Shown: positions 1 to 8,880, counted from the stretch's first letter. The stretch is DNA of 64,000 nt from Actinomycetota bacterium (GCA_028698215.1 JAQVDY010000006.1:2705-66704), one strand, 5' to 3'. The notes: generated from the letters alone by a model not told the origin. Translations and numbers: made by a program.

Positions 1-2261
1 TCCAGGAATGATTTATCGATGGCCAGGTACCCGATCACTTCTTCATTGTTAAATACTGCTTCCGCTGAATCATCATCTTCAGTTAAGGTAAAGCTGGTAC
101 CGCTGCTGGAAGCAAGCGACCAGCCGGTAGGTATGTTAATCTCACTTATGCTAAACTGGGTACCCAGCGGCACTTCAAAGGGGCCGTAGCTGGCAGAAGT
201 GCTGCCGGCAGGTATGGTAACTCCCATTGGCTCAGATATGCCGGCTGCATCCGGAGTTATGTCAAAGTAGAAAGTAATATCTGCGTCCAATGCCTGGCCT
301 ATGTTTTTAGTTATGGTTACCTGGCCTTTAGCCGTGTTGGGGGTATTGGTAAAACTAACCTGGGAAGTAGAGCCTACGGTAACCGAAGCACTCTTTCCGG
401 CAGGAAGGCTAAAAGATGCACTGGCATCTCCCCCGGTTTCAGTAACCAGGTAATCGCCGGCGGGAAGGTTTCCCACTGTGGTTGACTGGTTGTAAGGGCC
501 GCCTTCCGGAACGGTGATAGATACGGTAGTGCTATAGGGGTCAGCTACATTCTGCTGGACAATGGTAAAGTTAAAAGTACCATACAGGCCATCGGTGGTA
601 GCTTTATTTATTTTTATGGAACCGTACTGGTCATTGGGGGTATTGGTAAAGCTGGCAGTAGCAGTTGCCCCTGCAGTTACGGTTACTGTCTGGTCTGCCG
701 GCAGGCTAAAGGAAGCGCTTTCATTGGTGGACCCTACCTCTTTTACGGTGTAGCTGCCCGGCTCCAGGTCAGATACAGTGGCAGAGCCGCTGTAGTTTCC
801 GCCGCCGCCGGTAATGGTAATAGAGAGCTGATCTCCTACCTTGTTTCCATTTCCATCCAATATTTCAAACAAAAAGGTTCCGGTTAAGCCTCCGGTAGTA
901 GTTTTATTAATCTTGATAGCACCCTTCTGGCTTTCCTTGGTGTTGTTAAACACTGCAGTGGCAGTACTGCTGTCACTGCTTAAGGTAAAGCTGGTACCGC
1001 TGCTGGAAGCAAGCGACCAGCCGGTAGGTATGTTAATCTCACTTATGCTAAACTGGGTACCCAGCGGCACTTCAAAGGGGCCGTAGCTGGCAGAAGTGCT
1101 GCCGGCAGGTATGGTAACTCCCATTGGCTCAGATATGCCGGCTGCATCCGGAGTTATGTCAAAGTAGAAAGTAATATCTGCGTCCAATGCCTGGCCTATG
1201 TTTTTAGTTATGGTTACCTGGCCTTTAGCCGTGTTGGGGGTATTGGTAAAACTAACCTGGGAAGTAGAGCCTACGGTAACCGAAGCACTCTTTCCGGCAG
1301 GAAGGCTAAAAGATGCACTGGCATCTCCCCCGGTTTCAGTAACCAGGTAATCGCCGGCGGGAAGGTTTCCCACTGTGGTTGACTGGTTGTAAGGGCCGCC
1401 TTCCGGAACGGTGATAGATACGGTAGTGCTATAGGGGTCAGCTACATTCTGCTGGACAATGGTAAAGTTAAAAGTACCATACAGGCCATCGGTGGTAGCT
1501 TTATTTATTTTTATGGAACCGTACTGGCTTACAGGATTATTAACAATATTATGGCCCAGGGCAACTTCTGAACCATCTGCACTGGTAGTTACTTCATACC
1601 AGCCGTTATCTGCAGAATATCCGGCGGGAGCACTTATCTCATGAACAAAATAAGTAGTATTTATATTCAGGTTACCAAAAATGACCTTACCCCCGCTGGA
1701 GGTTTTCCTGTCTATCTCTGAACCTGTATCATTATTAATGCTATATAAACCTATAACTGCTCCGTCCAGAGCATTTCCCAGATTATCCACCTTGTTTACC
1801 TTAATAGAAGCCTGGGGGGGTTGGGTGCAATCAAGGTAAAAGGTTATATGGCTTATTTCCTGGATCATATTGGAGTCGCCCAGCCTGGTAACCGTAGCGC
1901 TGCTGGTACCTACCCCGCTAACCTGGTAAGCCAGTTCGGTAGGAGCAGGATCACTGCCCTCTTTTACCCAGTAGGTGACACTGCCGTCATCATGCTGGAT
2001 ATAACCATATTTACCATTACCTAAACTGGGGCTGTCTCCCCATTTACCGGCTTTTATCAGTACACCAGTTATGATGCATCCGTCTGCGGTATGGGTAACT
2101 CCATCCTTGACACCACCGTCATACTTAATCCAGCCATCACCTTCTTCGATGCCGGAATCAGCAAAAACGGTATTGATTGGTACTAGTAGCATCAACAGCC
2201 CTACCACCACCATAAAGGATGCCAATTTGGTTCCTATTGAATATTTGCTTCTCTTAAACAT
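1..2261 (-). CDS. Large secreted repetitive surface protein (adhesin/pilin-like). It has an N-terminal signal peptide and SpaA/Cna-B-type prealbumin-fold domains followed by Ig-like repeat units. It is partial, and its C-terminal part runs off the window start.
   Basis: Minus-strand ATG at 2261 with a GGGGGG RBS 4 nt upstream. The translation MFKRSKYSIGTKLASFMVVVGLLMLLVPINTVFA is a signal peptide. The motif TTYFVHEISAPAGY is typical of SpaA-like isopeptide/prealbumin-fold domains. It is followed by ~299-aa units (KINKATTDGLYGTFNF...) repeated almost identically, with no stop down to position 1. It is absent from the ORF track only because it leaves the window. Confidence 0.6.
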   Translation of the reverse strand, partial: MFKRSKYSIGTKLASFMVVVGLLMLLVPINTVFADSGIEEGDGWIKYDGGVKDGVTHTADGCIITGVLIKAGKWGDSPSLGNGKYGYIQHDDGSVTYWVKEGSDPAPTELAYQVSGVGTSSATVTRLGDSNMIQEISHITFYLDCTQPPQASIKVNKVDNLGNALDGAVIGLYSINNDTGSEIDRKTSSGGKVIFGNLNINTTYFVHEISAPAGYSADNGWYEVTTSADGSEVALGHNIVNNPVSQYGSIKINKATTDGLYGTFNFTIVQQNVADPYSTTVSITVPEGGPYNQSTTVGNLPAGDYLVTETGGDASASFSLPAGKSASVTVGSTSQVSFTNTPNTAKGQVTITKNIGQALDADITFYFDITPDAAGISEPMGVTIPAGSTSASYGPFEVPLGTQFSISEINIPTGWSLASSSGTSFTLSSDSSTATAVFNNTKESQKGAIKINKTTTGGLTGTFLFEILDGNGNKVGDQLSITITGGGGNYSGSATVSDLEPGSYTVKEVGSTNESASFSLPADQTVTVTAGATATASFTNTPNDQYGSIKINKATTDGLYGTFNFTIVQQNVADPYSTTVSITVPEGGPYNQSTTVGNLPAGDYLVTETGGDASASFSLPAGKSASVTVGSTSQVSFTNTPNTAKGQVTITKNIGQALDADITFYFDITPDAAGISEPMGVTIPAGSTSASYGPFEVPLGTQFSISEINIPTGWSLASSSGTSFTLTEDDDSAEAVFNNEEVIGYLAIDKSFL

Positions 2262-2291
2262 GTGACCCCCCATTTATGTTAAGTTCTTAAA

Positions 2292-2400
2292 ATAAAAAAA
2301 CCGGCTGAATTAGCCGGTTACGCTACTTGCTCCACTTTTCCCAAGCGTCCAGATTGAGGAAAAGCTTCAAAGCATCTAAACTATTAAAACATATTTTATA
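2292..2400 (-). ncRNA. Candidate small RNA or cis element, copy A. It has a ~70-nt conserved core followed by an intrinsic terminator, and is driven by a strong sigma70-like promoter (TTGACA-18-TATAAT, plus coordinates 2417-2446).
   Basis: The core 2320-2378 is duplicated at 2717-2775 with one mismatch. The hairpin AACCGGCT-GAAT-AGCCGGTT (2299-2319) is followed on the minus strand by a U-run (plus-strand A-run 2291-2300). It has no coding potential. Confidence 0.3.
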
Positions 2401-2460
2401 ATACTATTAGTATTTAATTATATTTGTTTGATGAACTCCTTGTCAAATTTTTTTTCTTTT

Positions 2461-2619
2461 TTATTTACCATACTTGAAATCCTTGGATCCCTTAACATGT
2501 TTCCAGTGTGATAGTCTTCTTTTAGATACCCAAATCCTGGCCATGATTAAAATACCCGCTGCCGCTAAGCAAAGACCTATTACTGAAAACAAAGGATCAA
2601 ACCCTATACTGGTAAACAC
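2461..2619 (-). CDS. Possible small hydrophobic peptide (52 aa, GTG start) with one predicted TM/signal segment.
   Basis: There is an AAGGAAG RBS 8 nt upstream of the GTG at 2619. The translation is VFTSIGFDPLFSVIGLCLAAAGILIMARIWVSKRRLSHWKHVKGSKDFKYGK. The region is AT-rich and intergenic, so this is weak. Confidence 0.15.
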   Translation of the reverse strand: MFTSIGFDPLFSVIGLCLAAAGILIMARIWVSKRRLSHWKHVKGSKDFKYGK

Positions 2620-2689
2620 TTTTTTACTTCCTTAATTTTTTGGAGCCTGACAATATCGGCAATCCCCTCAAGCCCCAATTTTTAAAGCA

Positions 2690-2790
2690 CAAAAAAAACC
2701 GGCCTAATTAGCCGGTTACGCTACTTGCTCCACTTTTCCCAAGCGTCCAGGTTGAGGAAAAGCTTCAAAGCATCTAATTAATTTATGTTT
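2690..2790 (-). ncRNA. Candidate small RNA or cis element, copy B. It is a paralog of 2292-2400 and has its own intrinsic terminator.
   Basis: Same core as copy A. The hairpin AACCGGCC-TAAT-TAGCCGGTT (2697-2717) is followed on the minus strand by a U-run (plus-strand A-run 2689-2696). Confidence 0.3.
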
Positions 2791-2978
2791 TATTAATTTT
2801 AATACAAAGTCACCCTAAAAATCAAAATATATTTTATTTTTTTTCAATTTTATAAACCATTAATTTTATATATTAATTTATATATAAATACTTGACAAAC
2901 ATAATCATATTTATTATCATTAAATGTATTAATACTTTTATATTTAATAATATAAAAGATTATACGAAAACAAGGCAT

Positions 2979-3036
2979 AAAAAAGAGGGGAGTCAATTTT
3001 AAAAAGCCTGGACGCCACTTTTTAACGACTCCCCTC
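2979..3036 (-). terminator. Rho-independent terminator closing the long minus-strand operon that ends with the binding-protein gene.
   Basis: A 10-bp GC-rich stem GAGGGGAGTC (2985-2994) pairs with GACTCCCCTC (3027-3036), with an inner AAAAAG/CTTTTT extension. On the minus strand it is followed immediately by UUUUUU (plus-strand A-run 2979-2984). It lies ~100 nt downstream of the stop at 3135. Confidence 0.5.
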
Positions 3037-3134
3037 AATAAGCATAGTATCATACAAATATTATAGTTTGCAATCAAATTTTATTTTATAATTTTTAGAC
3101 TTGCTACAAACCTTAGCTGTATAAAAAAATTACC

Positions 3135-3956
3135 CTACTGTAGCACAAACCACTTATCATAAATTTCAGCAGCAGTTCCATCCTGGGCCATCTGGGCGAT
3201 AGCCTGGTTTATATCTTCTAATATTTGCGAATTCTTGCCCATGGCAATTACAAAATCACGCTTGGATTTAATGGTGTCCAATACCCGGTAAAGCATTCCA
3301 TCCTGGTTTAGAATATTAATGGCAATAGGCTTTGAAATTAAAACCCCCTCTATATTCTTAGCCTTAAGATCGTCCATCATAACCTTTATATCCTCATAAT
3401 CGGCTATCCTGTACCTGGCCAATACCTCTTCGGACAAGCCCTCCTTGGCGGTCCTTAATATGCCCACATCCTTGCTGGCCATATCTTCCTTAATCATTAT
3501 CTGGGTATCACTTAAACTTATCAGTAAATACTCCAAAGTATAATAGGCATCAGAATAATCAACTGCATTCTTTTTATCCTCCAAAATTGGCAGGGCAGAA
3601 ATAGCCAGGTCAATGTTGCCCGCATCCAGCTCCTGGTAAAGGGAATCATAGGCTACGGATTTTATCTCTATCTCTTTTCCCAGCCTGTTTCCGATTTCGG
3701 TAATGACATCTATGTCAAAACCTTCAGCCTTGCCCTCCTGGTTTAAAAACTCAAAAGGGGGATAGGAGGTATCTGTGCCCACTGTAAGCTTGGGAACCTT
3801 GCTTAAATCACGGCCGGTCCCATTGGCAGACATGCTGCTGGCCAGCTCGGTTACCCGGCAGCTTACTACCGGTGACATTAGTACTATTAAAACCACTAAT
3901 GCTGCGGACAGCACCAGTGCTGAAATTACTCTTTTACTCCATTTTATCTTAATCAT
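3135..3956 (-). CDS. Periplasmic/lipid-anchored substrate-binding protein of the polar amino acid type (SBP family 3). No cognate ABC permease or ATPase genes are adjacent.
   Basis: There is an N-terminal hydrophobic anchor. The motifs GTDTSYPPFEF and AEGFDIDV fit the PBPb fold pattern. Size is 273 aa. Confidence 0.6.
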   Translation of the reverse strand: MIKIKWSKRVISALVLSAALVVLIVLMSPVVSCRVTELASSMSANGTGRDLSKVPKLTVGTDTSYPPFEFLNQEGKAEGFDIDVITEIGNRLGKEIEIKSVAYDSLYQELDAGNIDLAISALPILEDKKNAVDYSDAYYTLEYLLISLSDTQIMIKEDMASKDVGILRTAKEGLSEEVLARYRIADYEDIKVMMDDLKAKNIEGVLISKPIAINILNQDGMLYRVLDTIKSKRDFVIAMGKNSQILEDINQAIAQMAQDGTAAEIYDKWFVLQ

Positions 3957-3966
3957 TACTGGTCCT

Positions 3967-5808
3967 TTAAAAAATCTCTTCCGGTTCAGGAAAACCTAAA
4001 CTATTTACAAAATATTCATTGAACTTGGGATGGGTGGTTAATTCCAAATAATTAATTTTCTTAGCCAGGTTTTCTGCTTTCTTCCTGTATTTGGATGAAA
4101 CCAAAACCTGCTTGGCCCCTACTCCGGCAGCATTACCAACCTGTACAATCTTTCCTAGATCCACCTGGGGAAACATGCCTATGTTTATGACATTCTTGGG
4201 GTCTATATAGGAGCCGAAGGCTCCGGCAATTATAATTTTGTCTATCTGGGTAAAGTCTATCTGGGCATTATCTAGCAGTATATCTATGCCCGTTCTCATG
4301 GCTCCCTTGGCCAGCTGGATCTCCACGATATCCTTCTGCCCGATAGAAACATAGTCCCGGCCTGGCTTGCCGGACAATAGATACTGCATCCCTTCCTGCT
4401 CATCTTTAAAAATACAATTAGAATCCTGGACAAACTTGCCCCTGGTATCTATAAGGTTAGCCTTTCTTAATTCGGCTATACAGTCCAGTATGCCAGAACC
4501 ACAAATACCGGAAGGCTCCTTGTCGCCTATGGTCTGAATGGAAGGCTGGCAGGTGGCTGAGTCTATGGCCACCCTTTCAATGGCCCCGGGAGCAGCCCTC
4601 ATCCCGTAACGGATATGGGCTCCCTCAAAAGCAGGCCCGGAAGCAGTGGATACACTGGTAATTCCACTGCTGGTCTTTAAGGCAATCTCGGTATTGGTGC
4701 CAATATCAATACCTATAATATTTCCCTTAAGCTGGTCAATATCTGCAGCCAAAACCATAGCCAGGTGGTCAGAACCCACAAACCCGGCAATAGGTGGAAG
4801 CAGGTAGACATATCCTCCGGGGGCAATATTTATTCCCAGCTGCCAAGCCTTAACGCTTAAAGCCTGTCCGGTTAAAGACACAAAGGGAGAAAGGCTTAGC
4901 TGCCTTACCGGCAAGCCCAGGAACAGGTGGTGCATGGCGGTATTGGCTACCAAGGTTATCTCATTTATCTGTTTCCGGTCAATCTGGTGATCCTGGCAAA
5001 GCTTTCCTATAGCCTGGTCAATACCTGAAGTAACCACTTCCTGTATTTTTTTTAGGCTGTCCCCACCTGCCAGGGCAAAATTAAGCCTGGACATCACGTC
5101 TTCACCGTAAGATATCTGGGGATTCATTATACCCCTGCTGCCCAAGGTAGCTCCGGTAGACAGGTCCACTAAAAGAGCCGCAATCTTGGTAGTGCCTAAA
5201 TCTATGGCCACGCCATAATTATGGCCAGCCTGATTTCCGCCCTCGACATTAATGATTTCTGTGCCCCGCAAGCTAACCGTTACCTTCCACCCGTTATCCC
5301 TTAAGGTTTGGGGCAGCAGCGAAAGGGCTTTAAAGTCAATATTATCAGCCTTAACCTTATAATTTTTTTCCAGCAGGCCAGCTATGCGGTCAAAGTCAGG
5401 GGTAACATCTTCCAGGGTAGCCGGGCTAACCTCCACCCAGTATTTTTGGCATACTGGATCAGGCTCTACCTCCCTGCCGGTACCGGAAACCTGTAGTTTC
5501 TGCTCTTCGCTTAAAGAAGAGGCAGGTATGTAGATATTAAGGTCCCGGTCAAATACCTGCTGGCAGGCCAGCCGTACCCCCTTGCTTATCTCTTCCGGTA
5601 AAAGAACCTTTTTTTCCTGGCCGCTTACCGCAGTATCAGCAGCATCCAGAACTATTATCCTGCACTTGCCGCAGGTTCCCTTGCCTCCGCAGACAGACTT
5701 AATGCCAATCCCTGCTTCTAATAAAGCTTCCAAGCCATTGGCAGGCCGGTCCAAGTAGAGCCTTTTTCCTATAGGCTCCACCTCTATTCTGATTTTATTT
5801 TTGGCCAT
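3967..5808 (-). CDS. RACo-type protein: an N-terminal plant-type 2Fe-2S ferredoxin domain fused to an ASKHA-fold ATPase (DUF4445-like). It is a homolog of the reductive activator of corrinoid Fe-S proteins.
   Basis: The motif CGGKGTCGKC...LACQ is a 2Fe-2S signature. DLGTTKIA and GIDIGTNTEIAL are ASKHA phosphate-1 and phosphate-2 motifs. The 613-aa length matches RACo architecture. Confidence 0.6.
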   Translation of the reverse strand: MAKNKIRIEVEPIGKRLYLDRPANGLEALLEAGIGIKSVCGGKGTCGKCRIIVLDAADTAVSGQEKKVLLPEEISKGVRLACQQVFDRDLNIYIPASSLSEEQKLQVSGTGREVEPDPVCQKYWVEVSPATLEDVTPDFDRIAGLLEKNYKVKADNIDFKALSLLPQTLRDNGWKVTVSLRGTEIINVEGGNQAGHNYGVAIDLGTTKIAALLVDLSTGATLGSRGIMNPQISYGEDVMSRLNFALAGGDSLKKIQEVVTSGIDQAIGKLCQDHQIDRKQINEITLVANTAMHHLFLGLPVRQLSLSPFVSLTGQALSVKAWQLGINIAPGGYVYLLPPIAGFVGSDHLAMVLAADIDQLKGNIIGIDIGTNTEIALKTSSGITSVSTASGPAFEGAHIRYGMRAAPGAIERVAIDSATCQPSIQTIGDKEPSGICGSGILDCIAELRKANLIDTRGKFVQDSNCIFKDEQEGMQYLLSGKPGRDYVSIGQKDIVEIQLAKGAMRTGIDILLDNAQIDFTQIDKIIIAGAFGSYIDPKNVINIGMFPQVDLGKIVQVGNAAGVGAKQVLVSSKYRKKAENLAKKINYLELTTHPKFNEYFVNSLGFPEPEEIF

Positions 5809-6226
5809 GCTTCTCAGATTCTTCCTTTATAAACTGTTCGAACTCAGGCCCAGCTTTCATCAGGTTGGCTAAGTCTTCATCCAGGTTGTCCGGTTTTATC
5901 TTAGCTATCCAGCCTTCATCATAAGGAGACTCATTGATGAGCTCCGGTTCATCTTCCAAATCTTCATTTACCTCTACTATTTCTCCGGTAACCGGGGCAT
6001 AAAGCTTGCCTACCCATTTGCCTGATTCCAGGCTGGAAAAAGGCTTGCTCTGCTCTACCTTGGCTCCGGCCAGGGGCAGCTCTATATAGACTATATCACC
6101 AGCCAGTTTCTGGAAGAAATCAGTAGCTCCCATAATTACCATGCCGTCGTCATCTGCCTTGGCCCAGAAATGGTTTTTTTCATAATAAAGGTCATCTAAA
6201 AATTCATATCCTGCTATTTCCATCAT
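5795..6226 (-). CDS. Glycine-cleavage H-protein-like lipoyl-carrier protein.
   Basis: The segment SLESGKWVGKLYAPVTGEIVEVNEDL aligns with the H-protein lipoyl site ESVKAASD(V)YAPVSGEVVEVNE, including the lipoyl-lysine. Size is 143 aa. Confidence 0.6.
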   Translation of the reverse strand: MMEIAGYEFLDDLYYEKNHFWAKADDDGMVIMGATDFFQKLAGDIVYIELPLAGAKVEQSKPFSSLESGKWVGKLYAPVTGEIVEVNEDLEDEPELINESPYDEGWIAKIKPDNLDEDLANLMKAGPEFEQFIKEESEKHGQK

Positions 6227-6232
6227 TTCCTC

Positions 6233-7423
6233 CTATTTTTTGCTTTCCAAACTATTTAATACCAGTTCGGCTATATCCCAGACCTTAATTTTTTTATTAA
6301 GGTCTTTTTTCTTTTTCTTCAATGCGGTAGATATGGTTCGCTCACACTGCTGGCAGCCCGATATTACCACGTCCGCATCCGTTTCTATTATCTCCCGGGC
6401 TTTACTGCCGGCAATTTCAGCCGCCAGGTCCGCATCCAGCGATTCCAGGTTGCCGCCTCCGCCGCAGCAATTAGCCTTAGCCCTGTTTTTGGCCAGCTCT
6501 ACAAACTGCAGCCCCGGCACCGCCCCTATAACTTCCCTGGGTTCCTCAAATACCCCCGAGTTTCTGCCCAGGTCACAGGGGTCATGATAAGTAACTTTAA
6601 TGTCCATGGGACCCAGGTCCAGCCTGCCCTCTTTTATCAGGGACAGCAGGTACTGGGATATGTGCATAACCTCAAAATCCATATCCTCTCCTGCCAGCTG
6701 GCTGTATTCATGCTTCCAGGTATGGTAACAGGAAGGGCAGGAAGTTACAAGAATTTTTGCTCCTTTTTGCTTAACCGTGGCTATGTTAAACCGGGCCAGC
6801 TCCCTGGCTTCCTCTTCCATCCCCGCTGAAAGCAGGGGAAATCCGCAGCACCATTCCTGTTCTCCCAGCAAGGTAAAATCCACTTCAGCCTGCTGGAAAA
6901 TCTGGATAATGGACCGGGGAATGGAAAAGGTGCGGGGTGAAAAAGAAGAGACACAGCCCACAAAGTAGACCACTTCCGCCTTATCCTTTAGAAATTGCTC
7001 CGGCTCTGCCCCCGGAAGCTGCTTTACCCAGTCAGCCCGCCCTTCATTGGTATCAAAGGTCACATTATGGCCTTCTGCTATACGTTTTTTTAACATATCC
7101 AGAACTTCCGGATAACGGTGGCTGTCCACCAGGTCCAGCCGGGCTGCTTTAAATATTTCCTTTAAATCTACCCCGCTGGGGCATTCATTGGCACAATAAT
7201 TACACAGGGTACAGGTATAAATCTTTTTTGAAATTTTATCCGTATAGCCAATAGTCCCTTTTTCTACCGCTTCCAATAAGCTTAATTTCCCCCGGGGAGT
7301 AACACTTTCATCCAAAGTCTGCTTGTAAATAGGACAAACTGCCAGACAGTTGCCGCACCTGCTGCAGTTAAACAGGGCGTCGGACAGGTTAGCTATATTT
7401 ATTTTTGATTCTTTTTTTACCAT
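6233..7423 (-). CDS. Fe-S oxidoreductase subunit with two 4Fe-4S ferredoxin motifs and two CCG (HdrD/GlcF/LutA-type) domains. It is a likely partner of the adjacent FAD lactate dehydrogenase.
   Basis: The motifs are CSRCGNCLAVCP and CTLCNYCANECP, followed by CCGFP and CCGGGG CCG motifs. Confidence 0.65.
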   Translation of the reverse strand: MVKKESKINIANLSDALFNCSRCGNCLAVCPIYKQTLDESVTPRGKLSLLEAVEKGTIGYTDKISKKIYTCTLCNYCANECPSGVDLKEIFKAARLDLVDSHRYPEVLDMLKKRIAEGHNVTFDTNEGRADWVKQLPGAEPEQFLKDKAEVVYFVGCVSSFSPRTFSIPRSIIQIFQQAEVDFTLLGEQEWCCGFPLLSAGMEEEARELARFNIATVKQKGAKILVTSCPSCYHTWKHEYSQLAGEDMDFEVMHISQYLLSLIKEGRLDLGPMDIKVTYHDPCDLGRNSGVFEEPREVIGAVPGLQFVELAKNRAKANCCGGGGNLESLDADLAAEIAGSKAREIIETDADVVISGCQQCERTISTALKKKKKDLNKKIKVWDIAELVLNSLESKK

Positions 7424-7445
7424 ATCCTTACCTTATGTTTATAGG

Positions 7446-8825
7446 TTAACTGTCAAAATACATTTTGCCTGGATTCAAGATATTATCAGGGTCAAACGCT
7501 TTTTTAACCCTTTTCATCAGGCCGAAAACATCATCGCTTATTTCCATCTTAAGGTACTTGGCTTTGCTGATGCCGATGCCATGCTCACCGGACAGGGTCC
7601 CTCCCAGGGCAATAGTGGCTTCAAATATCTCTTCAATGACCTTTTCCACTTTTTCCTGCTCCTCCGGTATCCTCAGATCGGTAAGCAGGGTGGGATGCAG
7701 GTTTCCATCCCCGGCATGGCCAAAAGTGCCAATCATCATATCATATTTCTGGGCTATGGCATTAACTGCCTCTACCAGTTCCACTATCCTGCTGCGGGGA
7801 ATGGTGGCATCTTCCAATATAGTAGATGGTTTAACCCTGGCCAGCGAAGACAAGGCCGCCCTGCGCGCCGCCCATATGGTATCCCTTTCCTGGGCCGATG
7901 TAGCTACCTGGCAGGATGATGCATTATTTTTCTGGCAGACCTTCTTTACCGTTTCTGCTTCCGCTTCCACCGCTCCCTGCTGCCCGTCTACCTCTATCAG
8001 CAGCATGGCCCCTATACTCCTGTCCAGGCCTATGCCCAGATAGTCTTCAATGGCATTTATGGTCACATTATCCACAATTTCCAAGGTGGCGGTGATAATT
8101 CCCTCCGCCACTATATCCCTTACTGTCTGGGCCGCATCAGTAAGCTGGCCAAACAAAGCCAGCAGGCTGGCCCTGGCCGGAGGTACCGGAAGCAGTTTTA
8201 AGGTAGCCCTGGTAACAATACCCAAGGTACCTTCTGAACCAACTATAAGGTCCTTTAAATTATAGCCGGTCACCCCTTTGACCGTCCTGGTTCCCAGGTT
8301 AACTATCTCCCCGGTAGGAAGCACCACTTCCATGCTGCTGACATAATCCTTGGTTACCCCATACTTCAGGCCTCTCAGCCCCCCGGCATTTTCAGCAATA
8401 TTTCCTCCAATGGTAGAGCAATTCATACTCCCCGGATCGGGAGGATAAAAAAGATTATACTTTCTGGCAGCCAGGTCGACCTCTTCAGTAATGGCCCCTG
8501 CCTCTGCCTCTATTAGCAGGTCCACCGGGTTGACCTCAAAAATACGGTTCATGTTAACCGTGGCCAGTATCAGTCCCCCTTTTACCGGCAGGCAGCCGCC
8601 GCTTAACCCGGTAGCTGCTCCCCGGGGAGTAACCGGGATGCCCTCCTGGTAGGCCAGCTTCATTACCTGGCTGACCTGTTTTGCATTCTGGGGTCTTACC
8701 ACCGCCTCCGGAAGGTACTCCAGGCGGGTGGAATCATAGCTAAAAGCAATCATATCCTCCGGATCAGTAAACACAAAATCCTGGCCGACAATTTCCTGTA
8801 ATTGTTGCAGATACTTTTTTTTCAT
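7446..8825 (-). CDS. FAD-linked oxidase of the GlcD / D-lactate dehydrogenase (Dld-II/LdhA) type.
   Basis: There is an N-terminal FAD_binding_4 pattern (PRGAATGLSGG) and a C-terminal FAD-oxidase_C pattern (GHAGDGNLH). Size is 459 aa. Confidence 0.7.
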   Translation of the reverse strand: MKKKYLQQLQEIVGQDFVFTDPEDMIAFSYDSTRLEYLPEAVVRPQNAKQVSQVMKLAYQEGIPVTPRGAATGLSGGCLPVKGGLILATVNMNRIFEVNPVDLLIEAEAGAITEEVDLAARKYNLFYPPDPGSMNCSTIGGNIAENAGGLRGLKYGVTKDYVSSMEVVLPTGEIVNLGTRTVKGVTGYNLKDLIVGSEGTLGIVTRATLKLLPVPPARASLLALFGQLTDAAQTVRDIVAEGIITATLEIVDNVTINAIEDYLGIGLDRSIGAMLLIEVDGQQGAVEAEAETVKKVCQKNNASSCQVATSAQERDTIWAARRAALSSLARVKPSTILEDATIPRSRIVELVEAVNAIAQKYDMMIGTFGHAGDGNLHPTLLTDLRIPEEQEKVEKVIEEIFEATIALGGTLSGEHGIGISKAKYLKMEISDDVFGLMKRVKKAFDPDNILNPGKMYFDS

Positions 8826-8880
8826 GTTATTTACCTGTTATTGTTGATAAAAAAAGTATTGGGTAGGTGGCGATGGGAAA

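Noticed and set aside
562-2265. Five plus-strand ORFs of 60-81 aa (562-753, 841-1086, 1459-1644, 1821-2024, 2071-2265).
   Set aside because: They are antisense to the long uninterrupted minus-strand adhesin reading frame. Their repetitive low-complexity translations mirror the repeat on the other strand.
2750-3025. A 9-nt complementarity between the candidate sRNA core (CCUGGACGC) and the loop of the operon terminator (GCGUCCAGG).
   Set aside because: A 9-mer match is expected by chance about once in a 64-kb two-strand search. There is no extended pairing.
2850-3077. A 75-aa minus-strand ORF in the AT-rich intergenic region.
   Set aside because: Extreme AT content and an Ile/Lys/Tyr-rich product. 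It overlaps the operon terminator hairpin and has no RBS. It is probably not coding.
6240-8265. Multiple plus-strand ORFs of 60-190 aa inside the FAD-oxidase and CCG Fe-S genes.
   Set aside because: They are antisense shadows of well-supported minus-strand genes, with Ser/Pro/Ala-rich translations typical of GC-biased antisense frames.
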